NCBI GenBank assembly: GCA_051362555.1
Contig: CM120644.1
Coordinates: 7,386,954-7,450,953 of the forward strand
Source: Lingula anatina
Lineage: Eukaryota > Animalia > Brachiopoda
Reading direction: 5' to 3'
Length of the DNA: 64,000 bases
Position numbers and translations under genes: made by a program. The notes under the pieces were generated by a model. It searched no databases. It was not told the origin of the DNA and saw nothing but the letters and a program-made list of their open reading frames with translations. The first letter of the stretch is position 1. Each line of letters opens with the position of its first letter. This document shows positions 40,438-54,359 of this stretch, piece by piece.

Positions 40438-43122
40438 GGATATTGGAGTGGAAAAGATCTGAAAATGCATATTTAGTAAATCAAATATTATGATGCTAAA
40501 TATCATTTTAGAAATTTATTTATCAGGTAACAGTTTTAATAACATTACACATCTGAGTGTACATGCATGGTTGCACTTGAAGTGCCATTTAGGAACGATT
40601 ATTTTCCTCAATATATTTTGTCATTTCTCATATTTGAAAAGAGCTTGGTGGCCACAGTGTGTGATGATAGACTATCTCAGCAGAGTATAAAAACTATCAA
40701 TATAAATTGTAGCTGGTCCACTTTATAATGTCTGCGCCAGCCCAGTTAATCAGTTTAATAGTATTAATACAATGGTCTAATGCATCTTCCCTTGACTTAT
40801 TAGAAATAGACAGCTATAGTGGCACTGTACATCTGACCATAGGCTGCACTGAAAGGGCTAAAACATATTGATATGATGATATACAGGATATATGGCTGAA
40901 GTGAGGTAGATGTCTCTTCTGAGATCTAAGATGAACGCTGATAATCTAGGGTGTATGATTCACTCATTTAAACTGACACCCTTCTGTCCTGGTTAACAGT
41001 TTGTCCAGTGTAGTTAAAAAATCATTATTATCCATTTTACACCATATTTGGATGTAGTGTGCTTGGCCACACTAGGTAGACCCTGAACATTGGCCCCTGA
41101 TATGGATATCTGAAAATGAGCACACGGTTTTCATGGTACTGTGGATATCTATTGGAAAACAATAGCTGGCCACTTCACTGGGTTTAATGATGGCTGTTAC
41201 TTTTATCTTGGTTAAAAGGTTTTCCCAGTTGCAGTGCCAGATCGTCTCATCCATTACTGTTGGACATTAGCTACAGTGAGTGCAGCATGTAAAAGGTACG
41301 TTTTAAATTGAGTATAGGACATTGTAGGGGTGAAAATACAATCATATAATGAAAATGAAATTTGTTTGACATTTTGAGTGGGAATCATGGAAATTCTTTA
41401 TAAAGGATCACAGGGACTGCAGCAAGTACATGTAACTTGGCTATTTTTTTTCTTTTTAGCTCTTGCCATTTGTATCACTAGTATTTCTGAATGTTAAGTT
41501 ACAAAGGAAAGTGTATAAATATAAGAGAAATACAGGTATGAAATTATTACATCTTTATTGTGCACTGAAATAAATGGTTGGGAATAGCTACTTTTCAGTA
41601 AAGTGACTTTGCTAAAATGAAAAGAAGGCAATAATTTTTTTGTTTTCCGTTCTCTTCTTTTAAGAAATCAAAATTGTAATAATGGTTCAACATGCTATTT
41701 TGTCCCTCAAAAATTAAAAAAAAAAAGAATCAGCAAAATTTGAATATCATTCTTGATCTTTGTAAAGTCTCCTTCATGTCCTCTGTCTAGGTCAATACAG
41801 ACTAGTCCCTGGGTGGCTTTATATCCCAACTCCCCAGGGCCCTCTAGTGATAATGCACATGATGAGACCCTGGGGAATTTCTCAGAAATTGAATGTGATT
41901 TCATCTCTGCCAGGAACCGCAGGAAATCATTAGCCAAATTTGTTATTTTGTTTTCTGGACAAAGAATTGATGTAACAGTGATAGAATTGTCAGCACAAAA
42001 GGCACCCAAGATCAATTTTGGTTTTTCTATTCTGCATATCCATTTGATGATCCAAAGGCTAATGGTAATGACTCAATCTTTTCAATGGGGAAAAAAGTGA
42101 TTTTTGTAGATGCTGTCATAAATTCCTGAAATTAGAACATTCCCATTGAGTGCTAGCAACAAAATTTGCATAAAAAAACAGGCTAGCTTATTGTTCCATT
42201 CTAATTAATTCATGCACAGTAATTTGGGTGTTACAACTTCATAAGGTTGATCAGCCATGCTGAATGTGGACAGTAAGGGCAAAAGTCAACATAGGCCAAG
42301 ACCTAATTATCAGAGTGAATAATTGGATGAAGGATTGTTTAGTAGTCTTTGGGATTTTGTATTTGGAATAGGATCGGGAAAACGCTGATTATTGGTATCA
42401 AACTATTTGTTTCATGAATGATCAATTTTCAAAACTTACCAGGATATTTCTTTATGTACTTTAAGTTCCAGACCTGATGTCTTGAAAGTATATATCTTCT
42501 GAACTGGTAAATGATTTCCAATATCAAGAAATAACATAAAATAGGTGACAGGTGGATTTTTACATTCTGTGGAAAGCATAGCAATTCTGAGGCTGGGCAA
42601 TGGAATCTGGATTAACTTTCAGTGGAAGTGTATCATACGACTTCAAAGAATGCTGAATGTATCAACATTTCTTTGCCTGATGAATTGATAATTACAATAG
42701 TTTTGCATAGAAATGCAAAAAGAATCTCTCTCTCTTCATATACAGATGTACGTGGAGATCCCTAAATTGATATGTTGATGCCACTTTCAAGACACTTCGT
42801 GGACTTTTGGTTAACAAGTGCATTCTTTAATTTGGGAACAGTATAGCTTGTTTAAGATTTGCTGTTCATTGTTGTCCGGCCTATAGTAATATTGTGAGAC
42901 TCTCATCCTACAGATTGGTCATTTCAATGCAGTTTACAGTTAGCTCTATGAACTAATACTGAGTACTTAATTACTCTTACGGGATACACAAGATACTCTT
43001 AAACTGTCATGGATTCTGTCCTTAATCATATTGGAAATCACATGATTTTTAACATTAAACATTGAAGAACTTTCAACCACTTACCAATGGAAAAATGTGC
43101 TGGAACAATATATGTTTAATTC

Positions 43123-43221
43123 ATGGATGTTCGCATTCACATTCAACTGGGCCGCTCTGATCAGAATCTTAAAATGGAGATTCCCAGCATTCACGTCCAG
43201 AAACCAGAAGAAGACACAAAG
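43123..43221 (+). CDS. Candidate internal first exon (MDVRIHIQLGRSDQNLKMEIPSIHVQKPEEDTK) giving a CNB-A-less, Epac2B-like isoform
   Basis: 33 open codons from ATG to a consensus AAG|GTAAGA donor; phase 0 matches the DEP exon at 48420. Confidence 0.6.
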
Positions 43222-43876
43222 GTAAGAGATCCAGCTAGATGTTATGCATGTTATGGTGATGTTTTTATTTCATCCCAACACATTCATAATGCATTAAAGA
43301 AATAATTTTTATATCTGTATCAATATTACATGAAACATGCAGTTTGTTTACAATTAATTGTCAAGGTTGAGTCTAAAACATTAATTTTCCTTTTAAACTT
43401 AATTGACATTAGTCATCCTATTTATTTTTGAATGAACAAGACATAGAACATTGATAGCGGTTCAGCACATTATGTTACAGGTACATAATGTTCAGTCAGT
43501 GTGCGTATTATGCATGTCAAATAATTGCCACTAAACCTAACAAAATACCACCATAGTGGTTCAAACAGGATAACTTATAAAGGAATAACATAGGGTTTCA
43601 TTTTAATATTTTCTTTGCTTTACGATGTGGAGGGAAAAAATTAAGTCCAATTTATAACCCAAAAGGTTAAGAAGGTGTGGTTTTAAGGTCTTTTTACTGC
43701 TGCCCAAGAGATTTATTTCAGTACATTTTTTGGCATGTGGATTTTATTTGTGTTTTTTAGAAACTGGTACTAATAATTTATTTGTTACATGTCATTTACC
43801 CCCTCTTCTTATGTATCTTTAAACTTAACCTTGCCACACCTAACACCTTAACACATCAAACGATTTGCCACACTTA

Positions 43877-44133
43877 GGCTTCGTTCACCTGCAATGTCTA
43901 TTTTCTAAATTCTATTTTCTATTTGCGGTATGTCTTATGATCACGGTGTGTGGCCTGAATATCCCGCGGCGTAATTACTGGCAGCGCGAGCCAGTTACTA
44001 TAAGTTACTATAAGTAACTGGCTCGCGCTGCCAGTAATTACTCGGCGGGATATTCAGGGCACAGACCGTGATCATAAGATAGCGCAAATAGAAAATAGAA
44101 ATTAGAAAATAGACATTGCATGTGAACGAAGCC
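43877..44133. mobile_element. 257-bp near-perfect palindromic MITE with TTA TSD (PIF/Harbinger, Tourist-like)
   Basis: tta|GGCTTCGTTCAC...GTGAACGAAGCC|tta; arms ~120 bp; inserted in a 17-nt repeat tract. Confidence 0.92.
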
Positions 44134-47100
44134 TTAGCACCATATCACACCTAACACATTGTCATACCTAACACATTGTCACACCTAACACACTGCCGTA
44201 CCTTGAACTTTGACACACCATTGCTTTTGGACACCTAATACTTTGTCATACCTAGCTACTTGTCACAAAAATGCTGTATCAAATTGCTGAATCTAGCACA
44301 GGTATTCCATATCAGTTTGAAAATGCCTCAGAAGCATACATTTATATCTAAATAGCCTACAAATTTTGCTGTTTATATTTCTCAATTCAGACTTTAAAAA
44401 TGATAAAACTCCTCAAATTAAAGTACATGAAGTTGATATTTTTTAGTTCTGAAATATCAGGAGACTATGGCTGTTTAAGTTACTCATGATTTGTTTAAAA
44501 CAGATTTGATTAGAAATGGCACAAAGCATGGAATCCAAGTGCTGCGGGACACTGGTTGATCAAAATTCCAGAGTAGCAGAAAATTGCTTTTATCTCACAA
44601 GGAAAATTGGATTTTTTGTGAAAATCTCATACCTTTAATGAAGTATTTCCTTTAGTATTTATCTAGTAGTATGTGTGATGAAAAGTGCTCTTTTAGCATT
44701 CAAAATTTCCAGGTGTGCTACACTTGTGTGAGACAAAAAGAGTATGTATAATCATAGTTGATTTTACACAGTGTTGGTATTGTATTTTTCCTCTAGTCCC
44801 CATAAATTACTGGTCAATTACTTTGGTTTCAATGTAGTATTCATCTTTACAAATTACTACTTCTCAGAATGCCTGGGAGCTAGAAAGTGAGATGAAACCC
44901 AAGGGCTGTTTGTTGACTTGTGCTACATGTAGACAAATGGGAATAGACAACGAAAAGGGGGAATGGTATAAAAAGACTGAGAGATAACATGTAAGTGAAG
45001 GCTGTATTTGATGAAAATTAAAACTGAGTGCAAAAGAACTTAATTCATCCCTTTCAATGACCTAAAACCCCTACCAGAATCCAGTTTGATAAAAAAAAGG
45101 AAAGCGTTTTCACTTGGCCTAAGGATCCAAGTGCCCATGGCCAATCCCAAAAAATGTCTAATTACTGATTTATTTTGCTGAAAACTATATGAACACACCC
45201 CATACCCCAGGGTCTTCTTGACTGATCATTGTACATTTTCTACTGGGAGTTTCCTGTATTAAATTTTGGAGTCCAATATAGATTTTTATTAGATTTAAAA
45301 GCTAGCATTCTTAAATACGTAGCAGGTGATTACTACATGGTTCCAAAGTTGTATGTCAGTCTAACTTTATAATAAATATGAAAATGGATATAGAAATGCA
45401 GTATGACTTAATTCAATTCCCAGTGGTAGAAAGGATTGTATCAAGATTTTTTTTTTTTACATTAGTTTAATAATTACACTGATATTTATGATATTGGCTT
45501 GCAAATATTACGGTGATTGTTAAAAATGCAGTAACATGCAGTATTGTGATTGATGGATCTATTCAGTCAACTCATCTGGACCTGATAAATTTTTGCCTTT
45601 TAAATCTTTTTTGAGAGCAATCTATTCAGCAAACAAAAATATAACTGAAAATATAATTAATTAAATAATCTTAAATTTAAGCAAAAGGATAATTCAAGGA
45701 ATTGCTGCACCCATCAAATATTTGGTTTCAGTACTGCATGTGATGACTACTAAGTACCTTTCTGATAGGTACAAAAAGGTTTGTTTTAGTCACAAGTTAG
45801 TACTTTTTTGGATCAGTGAGATTATTGGAAAATTACACAGTTTATATGTTAATATGAAATGAGTGCAATCAGCATGTGTCTTCAGATAAAAGGCAGGTCG
45901 ACATCCCCACTAGAATACTAGCCATAAAAATCAGATCTTTTCAATCAATACAAAGATCCCAGGAAAAGGTCAGGACGGTTTACTGCGGCATTTACTCGTA
46001 GGTGTCTACATAAACGTTGATGTGTGATTGATTAAATAGCTTATACCACTAACTCCCCCTGTGCATGTCTTGTAAAGAAGCATTCAGGGGAATATTTCCA
46101 GCTGTGTTCTTCACATTAGGGACAGAAAGGACAAGTTAGGGGCACATGTACATGTTCTTAGTTGTCTACTGTGGCCCAGGAGTGAGGATAGATGTGGGAA
46201 GAGGCTTGGGGGGGAGGGGGGGGAGAACAGACTTTTATTTTCTGCCTGTAGGGAGTTTCCACTTCAGCTGAGGCCCTTTTCACTTTAAATGGCATACTTA
46301 GCAATACGTTCTCCATCATTACACTTTTTGTAGTCCAAACATAAAATTATGTTACGGGAGGGGGGGATTAACTCTTTTTCAAACGTAAATTTGATCACTT
46401 CCGACTGTTTGGGTGGAAGATAATTGGCTGTGATGAGAGCAGGTGCTCTGTGTAGGAGACTATCCTATGTAATAATAGTATAATAGCCAGGCTATTAAGA
46501 TGTTGATATCTCAAAGTGAGCAAGTATGGACTATATGGCTAAAGTTTAATGGCTCATTGATGAAATAGCCTTAATCAGATGATGAAAAGAGAGAGGGATA
46601 TGCTTTCTTCAGTGTAACCACACATAAAAGGCCAGAAAAATCTTATTCCAGCCAACTCAACAGTGTAGTCTGTTTTTAATTCTATCATAATGTGTAAAAG
46701 TCAGTCTTTAGAACAATTAACTATGTATTAAATATGTGTTCTTTGAATGCCTTGGTTTGATCAGTCTTGAAAATATTTTTACTTTTTTTTTTACATTATT
46801 CGGTATTCTGAGGACTCCTTAGATGTTATACATATAGAGTCTAGGCATTCTTGCCTGCAGGCAGTTTTGTTGTTCCTATCACTCATGAGTTTGATTTTTT
46901 TTCTTTTTCGTAGTTGCTGAAATCACTTCCCATATTGGAGTGAAGTTGATATTTTCCTAAGCTGGAATCTGTTTTGATGTTATCTGAAAAAATATGAAAG
47001 TGTAGGTCACGAGAGGAAGTATTTAGTAGCTATAATTATAAGATTTGAAGGTAGAAATGATTGGAATGAGCATTTTTTTTTCTTTCTTTTCCTTTTTTAA

Positions 47101-48419
47101 ATAGATACTTAATTTATCTCATTCCTGATCATACATCCCAGTTTATGCTTCAAAACAGGACTTAGACTAGTCTGCCCACTTCAGTCAGATCAAGCCAAAT
47201 TCACTGTCTTTGAACATGATGTACAACCAGCCATTCCTCGGTAAACTAGCCCCATTATTGAAATGTAATTACTATAATGGGGATATGTGTGTCACTCTTG
47301 GTTTTTCTTGGAATTGATTATTTGCAGAAAGTGCTCTTTTAACTGATGCAGTGGGACCTGTAATCTAATGTTATTTCCCCAGGCGGAGTTTATTCAGTTA
47401 TCTTTGGGAGTCGGAGAATTTTTCTTATTTACACGTAATTCTTTTTTGAGAGATACTGTACCTAGAGATGTGTATAACAAGGTTATTACTGATGTCAATC
47501 TTGAAGAGAGAAAATTTTGGAATGAGTGAGTTTTTTTTTTTTTTATCTAAGAGAGGGAAGAAAAATTAGAATGCAAATATTTTTAAATAACATATGAGAC
47601 TCTGGGATTGCTTTAAATTTGAATGTATTTACTTTAAAATTTCCCGTTACATAGCCATCTTATGATGAAAGTTGCCATGTCTTAAAACGTGAAGCGTATG
47701 TAGAATATTCTTAGTGTTTGAGAAATTCAGATATAAAGGGCCAGAAATATCAGAAATATGACTTCCTAAAGTTGTGCTTGTAGCAAATATTTAAAAATAA
47801 GCAAATCTTTTAAAATAATATTTTTAATATTGCTCGACAGACTATGAGAGGAACATCTCTGTAAAAAGTGAAGCATGTAAATTAATGTAATTATTACTTT
47901 TATTCATGACACATCCAGTTAGATCTGCTGCAGCCGAGGATGGAGATTGTAATCTCTAGATCTCACTTATTATTGATTCTTGTTTATCATGCATGTTTGA
48001 GGACAGAGGTTCAGCGGAGATCAGCAAACTAGGAAGATAAATGAAGTCTGTGCCTTGAAGTGGCAGTAAATTATCAATCAAATAGAGAGGGAGATAAGTC
48101 TTAGTTCTTATCAGTCAGGGCCATCTTGAGTTATTAGAGTGCAGTTTAGGAGACTTGGACTATTAAACATATCAATCATAATCCATGTAAATAATAACAT
48201 TATTGGTCATGGTATATTGGTGGGCATTTAACAAAATAAATATTACATTATAGCTATTTTTGTGCAATTTTGATATGATGCATGTTTTTCAAAAAGAAAA
48301 TACAAGTTAAACGCAGCCACAATAAAAATGCCCCAAGTACATGTAGACAAGTCTTACTTTTACAGCCACAGTAATAATAGTGATAAAAAAGTCTCACACT
48401 GATGCAATCTCTATTACAG

Positions 48420-48648
48420 ACGCCCTCATCACGGCTCCTCAAGGCAGGCTACGTGCTGCGAACCATCATCCAGACGCGTTCACCTTCCATGATACGTGAT
48501 CGCAAGCATCATCTACGCACATACCGCAGGTGCATGGTCGGGAGTGAAATGACAGACTGGATGCTACAGGTTAGCCCCTCAGTCCACTCCAAGATACAAG
48601 CTATTGGGATGTGGCAGGCACTGTTAGAGGAGGGAGTATTGGTTCACG
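48420..48648 (+). CDS. RAPGEF4: Epac2 exon 7, DEP domain (TPSSRLLKAGYVLRT...MIRDRKHHLRTYRRCMVGSEMTDW...WQALLEEGVLVH)
   Basis: Strong Epac2 similarity; ttacAG / GTAAGC, phase 0/1. Confidence 0.97.
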
Positions 48649-48903
48649 GTAAGCTTTATAATGTAAATTTAGATGTAATTCCTTGCAGAATGTTACAACT
48701 ATTACTGTGTCACACCTAGAACATTGTCAAATGTAACATGTTGTGCCAATGCACCTGTGTTACATAAGGCATGTTATCCATTTCTTCAAAGGGGCTTTGG
48801 TGTAACTTATCATGTTGATATGATGTATTTTGTTCACTTTAGCAGGCCTGTCATATTTGCACAGTTAAATACTACACAACGATATAATATTGAACTCAAC
48901 AAT

Positions 48904-49018
48904 CTGTCCCACTTAATTCACATTGCCCGACCTAGCACACTGTCACAACTAACACACTGTCCCACCTAACACATTCTCACACCTACCACACTGTCACAAC
49001 TAACACACTGTCACAACA
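48904..49018 (+). repeat. 17-nt repeat tract (cacactgtcacaactaa-like), ~7 units
   Basis: Direct inspection. Confidence 0.85.
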
Positions 49019-49813
49019 AGCTGGATGTATATGTGTCTATGTGTGAGAAAAAAAGCTCTGTATTTGGATATGACAGTGTCAACTGGTGCATTATTGATAA
49101 GATTTTCTAGACTGATAGCATCATGAGATGTTTATTATTTTAGGTCAGAATGATTCCAATAGATGTCACCACTTACCTAACACTGTCTCCACAAAGTGCC
49201 CTTGTTTTATCTCACAAAGAATTATATCTCATTGTACTAGTACTTGATAGTATAGACTATATTTGGTACTAACAACATCCATACAAATAAATACACTGGC
49301 CCATGAACATTTATACACATAGCTTATCTATTTGATAGAGTATTATCTTCATGTTCAACCCTAATCTGAAGACTACACATCTATACATACGTACTGGGCA
49401 TGTGGTTGGTCATTATTACAATATTATCTTTATACTCTCTACCCTAGTTTGAAAATGTATAATTATTATATATAGAGAGGCATGAATGTGCATAGATGGG
49501 CAACCAAGAGTATATATGCAGGCTTATGTGGGAGTGCGCACACACACGCGCACACACACACACACACACACACACATGGACATCTACACATCTCTGTGAC
49601 CTCTCTCTCCCGCCCTATCATGTGCCCACTAATAGCTAACTTATTGCATGCCTCCTCATAACCCTACACATCTACTTATGGTAAGTGCTGGGTAGGTTTG
49701 AACAAGTCTGGTAAATCGCACTGACAATGAGGGCAAGATGATTGGACACCTTTTGACCCAAAGAAAAAAAAAACGAACAACAGATTGTATAACAAAAGAG
49801 ACTGATTGTAATT

Positions 49814-49852
<39 letters not shown>

Positions 49853-51583
49853 TTTGCACAAAATGTGTATTATGTCATTGTTTTCCAATGCACAATAACA
49901 AAAACATTCATTAAGTCTTACCTTGAAGTTTTCTTTGTTTTCTTTTACTTACATTTCCAAACATTTACAAAGTGAGATTGGAATAGTGCTTCAACTTCAA
50001 GGCATCATTGTGTTAATGTGTAACTTGAAATTTTATATACTTAATATTACACAAAAAATTGGTCTGAAACAAACAAATAAGTAAATGAGGCATTTGACAT
50101 TTTAGAATGATTACCGTAGACTTGATGGAGGAGTCAAATGTACAGATGAAGATAACCTAAATGTATTGTTGAGGTTAGATTGTGATCTTTGTAACTCTGA
50201 TATACAGGGCTGTTCTTAATCAACTAAACATCTGTTCATCCATCATATCCATTGCATTTAACTATCATATATTTGTTGTTGTTGTTGTTGTTTGAAGTTT
50301 TAATGTTGTTGTTGTTGTTAGATATGTTTGTTTAACAATGGACTACATATCTGAACAATCATCATTTTGAATACTATGAAAAACATTAAGTGTAGAATTT
50401 TATGTGATGTACAATTAGCGTGTTTTAATTCAAATTTTTAAAAATGAAGGGGAAAAAGGCACCCACCCCCTCTAGATTAACCTATTGATGGCATGTGCAG
50501 ATGCTTAATAAGCTCATTCATACAAGTGTCAATTATTAATCCTACATCTATCCCCTGTATAGTATCCTTAAAGTTGATATTTAACATGGCCTTAATTGAT
50601 ATAATAGATAAAGCATACGCCGCAATCCTCTCATGCATGCAGGACACGAAAACACCGTAACAGCTAACATGTGCTAGTAATTTATGGACCACTGAGTACA
50701 TGTATTATTTAGAGGTGTGCTGTTACATGTTATGGCAGTAGTTAATGAGAAGTGTGCGAGCAGAGCCTCATCCATTGTTGATAATGGAAGTAAGTACTGT
50801 ACTGAACGCGACTGATGACAGCTTGAAAGATGGTACTAGTATTTATATAATAATATGTTATTTTCTGATTTAGATATTATCATACTTTAAATTGTACTCA
50901 TGATTATACTAGATTGCGTGCAGGCACACACAAACACAATCACTCATGCATGCATAGATGTAAACATAAACATATGCATACAAACATCTGCACATGCATG
51001 TTCATTCGTGCACATATGCACATATTACTATGGGTGGAACATATCTCATTGAAATTTTGCATGGCTGAGACCATGCAACTGTTGATGTATCAACAAATTG
51101 GATGTATTTATTATTTAAAAGATGATGAGAAACTTCTATGTGTCTTGTGGATTAAAAATTACTAAGCAGAACTGGTTCAGATGATACGTCAGCGAAGGTA
51201 TGTATTATTCATATGTTTTTATATGCATCTGAGTTTTATGTAACTGAAATGATTTTTCTTCTTGAGTCTCTATTCACACTGACATTTGGTACATCAGAAA
51301 AGTGTCATTTAGCTCAGTTAAAGCCACTTTTGCTTCATTTATGAGCTATTAACTCAGTGGTAGAGAAGTGTGTTGGATGTTTTTATACAACTGATACTGT
51401 AAATGAGGCATTAAGGTAAGAACTCAGAAAATTTTATTTTGTAAAAATGGGAGAATATGATCTGATTTAAATTTCTGAGTTGACCTCAGAGGACAGCATG
51501 TCAGCCTGGACAGCTAGTGTTCATTATGTCACACCCTGAAATAACAAGATCTTAGGACACTGACCTGTGTGTGTGTGTTTATG

Positions 51584-51643
<60 letters not shown>

Positions 51644-52075
51644 ACGTTAACGCTGGCCCAACTGCCAAAGCCAGGAGAAATTGGAACGGGCCAGGTTTTT
51701 TTTTTCAGGCATAACATGTACTATAATTTGTTTCATTAATATTAAGGCTAAATGTTGAAGTCTTTTTTTATTAACCTTTTGAAAACCACATTAATTTTTG
51801 TTCTTATTTGGAAAAGAAATTAAGCCCGTTTAATCTCAATATGTTAATTTAAGTATATTTTATTGAAAATTGTACTTGGGCCAGAGAATTTAAGTCAGGG
51901 CCAGTAGTTTCTCAGACCCTGTGGCCGGAATGGGCTGTAAGTTGAAAAGACTTTGGCCCAGCCTGTGCATGCATGTGTATTTCTCAAATATATGCATGGT
52001 ACTATAGTTACAAGTAAAATGAAGAAGAATAGTCCCTACCTTAGTGTCCACCTATCCTCCTCCCCAACAACCCCA

Positions 52076-52139
52076 CCCCTGCAAACATTTGTCTCATTTA
52101 AGTTAATTTATGGTCCTCAATCCCTTCTAGAACATTTGG

Positions 52140-52191
<52 letters not shown>

Positions 52192-52364
52192 GTTCTAATG
52201 TTGTTTAGTAATGAATGTAACAGTTTGAGAACTGTTTTTGGGAAGTCCTTCAGAATGTACTAGAACAGATTAAGAACATTTTTCATTAAAAGAGAAAAAC
52301 ATTATGTTCTAGGACAGATTGAGACTTGTAAGTGAGCATTAAATGAGACAAATTTTCATAGGGG
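52076..52364. mobile_element. 289-bp CCC-terminated MITE with 2-bp TSD CA (CMC/EnSpm-like)
   Basis: ca|CCCCTGCAAACATTTGTCTCATTTAA...TTAAATGAGACAAATTTTCATAGGGG|ca; partial copy at 6455-6640. Confidence 0.8.
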
Positions 52365-53003
52365 CAGGCCTCCCCTCCGCCACCCCACCCCTCCACCCTC
52401 TAATGGCTCAATCCACAGGAAGAAGATTGATCAAAGAAAAAGTTATTACTGATATATACCATTTCAGTGAGCTTTAGAGGGATAGCAACTCTTTGTATGA
52501 GATTCATATTTCATAATGAATACATTGTAAACAACTCCTAGAATTATAATAAATTCTGTTTTACCACCAAAACTTTCCTAAGAGATGATCGCAAAAATTT
52601 CCCTGTTAAGTTTTAAGAAAAAAATCAGGGATTAATTTTGAATATTGAAATGGATTGGGGAGTATGGGAAGTTGTCATTTACCTAGGAAAATCCTTTTTT
52701 TTTCCTAAAAATAAAAAGTTGTTATCCCATTGATATGTCAATATCCCAATGGCTTTGCATGTTTTACTAGTGTGTGTGGGAAGACTGAGTGGGACAGTTA
52801 ATTATTCTAGGAACTTAGATACAACAATTCCATGCTGTGCCCACTCTAAATTTTTTTGTGTGTGTTAGCTCCGAGGTTTTCTAATTGATTAGCTGCTCAC
52901 TGAGCTTACTATATAGGAGGAAAGAAGGCTGTTAGGAAATTGGATTACATGTGTAAGGATGGTCTTATTGGTGTGCTACACTACATTAATACTAAGACAC
53001 CGT

Positions 53004-53291
53004 GGGCCCATTCAGATAGACACATCATACTATAGTTGGGTCGGTCCAAGTTGGGATTCTCACTAAGAGCAATCAGTGGAATCAGTGGAATTGGCTTGTC
53101 TGCCATGTACATCTCCTCAAGCAGCTAGGGGGTGATTAAGCAGAGCTTACAAAAAAGTTAATTACCCCCTACCTGCTCAAAGAGGCTGTCCTTTAGATAA
53201 ACTCATTATACTTAGCAAGAGACCCCACCTCCCCCTTCCTCCCAGAGTTGGACCAACCCAACTAATATGATGTGTATATCTGAACGCTCCC
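53004..53291. mobile_element. ~290-bp MITE with long imperfect TIR (gggcccattcagatagacacatcatactatagttggg); partial copy ~39174-39345
   Basis: Inverted ends; shared internal ttaattaccccctA core. Confidence 0.7.
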
Positions 53292-53847
53292 TAAATCTGC
53301 CCATTTTTCTCAATAGCAATTTCACCAAATAATTGACACATCAAATTGTGCTTATTGAGATGCTTGACTTCATTTTTAAGATTTATGTGGTTTGTTAAGA
53401 GGACAAACCACAGAAAGTGAAACAGAAATATTATATTATATTATAAATGTTGAGGGCAAAATGTTCTCAAAACATAGATTTGGGGCCCATTTTCAATGAA
53501 ACTATGATTCTGCACAGGAACTCTTGCTGAATGCAATCAGAAGTTTAAGTTTCTTCTTTTTAAATTTTTTATTAATAATTTTTTGTCTGATTTGTTACAG
53601 TAAGTTAAGGCCAGTGAAGGGCATAAGTAATAAGCCCAGCTGGAAAAACTACAAAATATGACTGTTTATGTATCCCCCTATGGGTAATTGGGATCCAGAT
53701 TTAAACAGTCAAGCTTTAGACAACCACTGGATAGATGCCAAGTGTAATTATCATTAATATATACCCAGTACATAAAGGTTAATTGGCATTTGTATATGTA
53801 TACATGTTCTTTCTTTCTCCTTTCTCTCTCCTTTGTAAACTGAACAG

Positions 53848-53930
53848 TTTATGAAAGATCAAGCCAGATTTAGATGATCTTGTGGGATTTATGCCAGGGA
53901 CAGCACTTCTGAAAATACTTTGTAAGAAAA
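53848..53930 (+). other. Candidate 83-nt exon: alternative start (ATG 53891, MPGTALLKILCKK) or poison cassette
   Basis: Long polypyrimidine tract plus aacAG; AA|GTAAGG phase-1 donor matches exon 8. Confidence 0.4.
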
Positions 53931-54359
53931 GTAAGGAAAGTTTTTCTTTTTTTCTTTCTTTCTTTCTTTCTTTATTATTATTATTTTTTTTGATTGAAGG
54001 CGTCAAACTGCCACCATGGAGGACCTGTGATGAACATAATGCTTCAGTCATCCCACACACACTTCTTCCTAATATTGTTAAGTGAATGGGAAGAACAAAT
54101 AATGTCACACAAATAAAGTTTTTATAATTGATGTATTTTTCTTTTCCAATTTTGCTGGGAAATTTTGTACATGCCTAAATGCATTTTCTATAAGAGTTTT
54201 TTTTTTTTATCTGAGGTATTATTTGTAGTCAATTAAGTGATTCCACATCAATCAACATTTTTTATTATTTTTGGATATTTCATATCAACATGTTTTCAAG
54301 ACTCTTCATGTTTGTGACTCTGTGGTTATGTGGGCTGAATGGTGCATTAGTGTCAGGTG

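Noticed and set aside
41270-41300. AAG|GTACGT donor in intron 6
   Set aside because: The phase-0 frame contains TAA immediately after the ATG
51181-51197. MIRQR-R phase-2 exon that could join exon 9
   Set aside because: Very short, requires skipping exon 8, no other support
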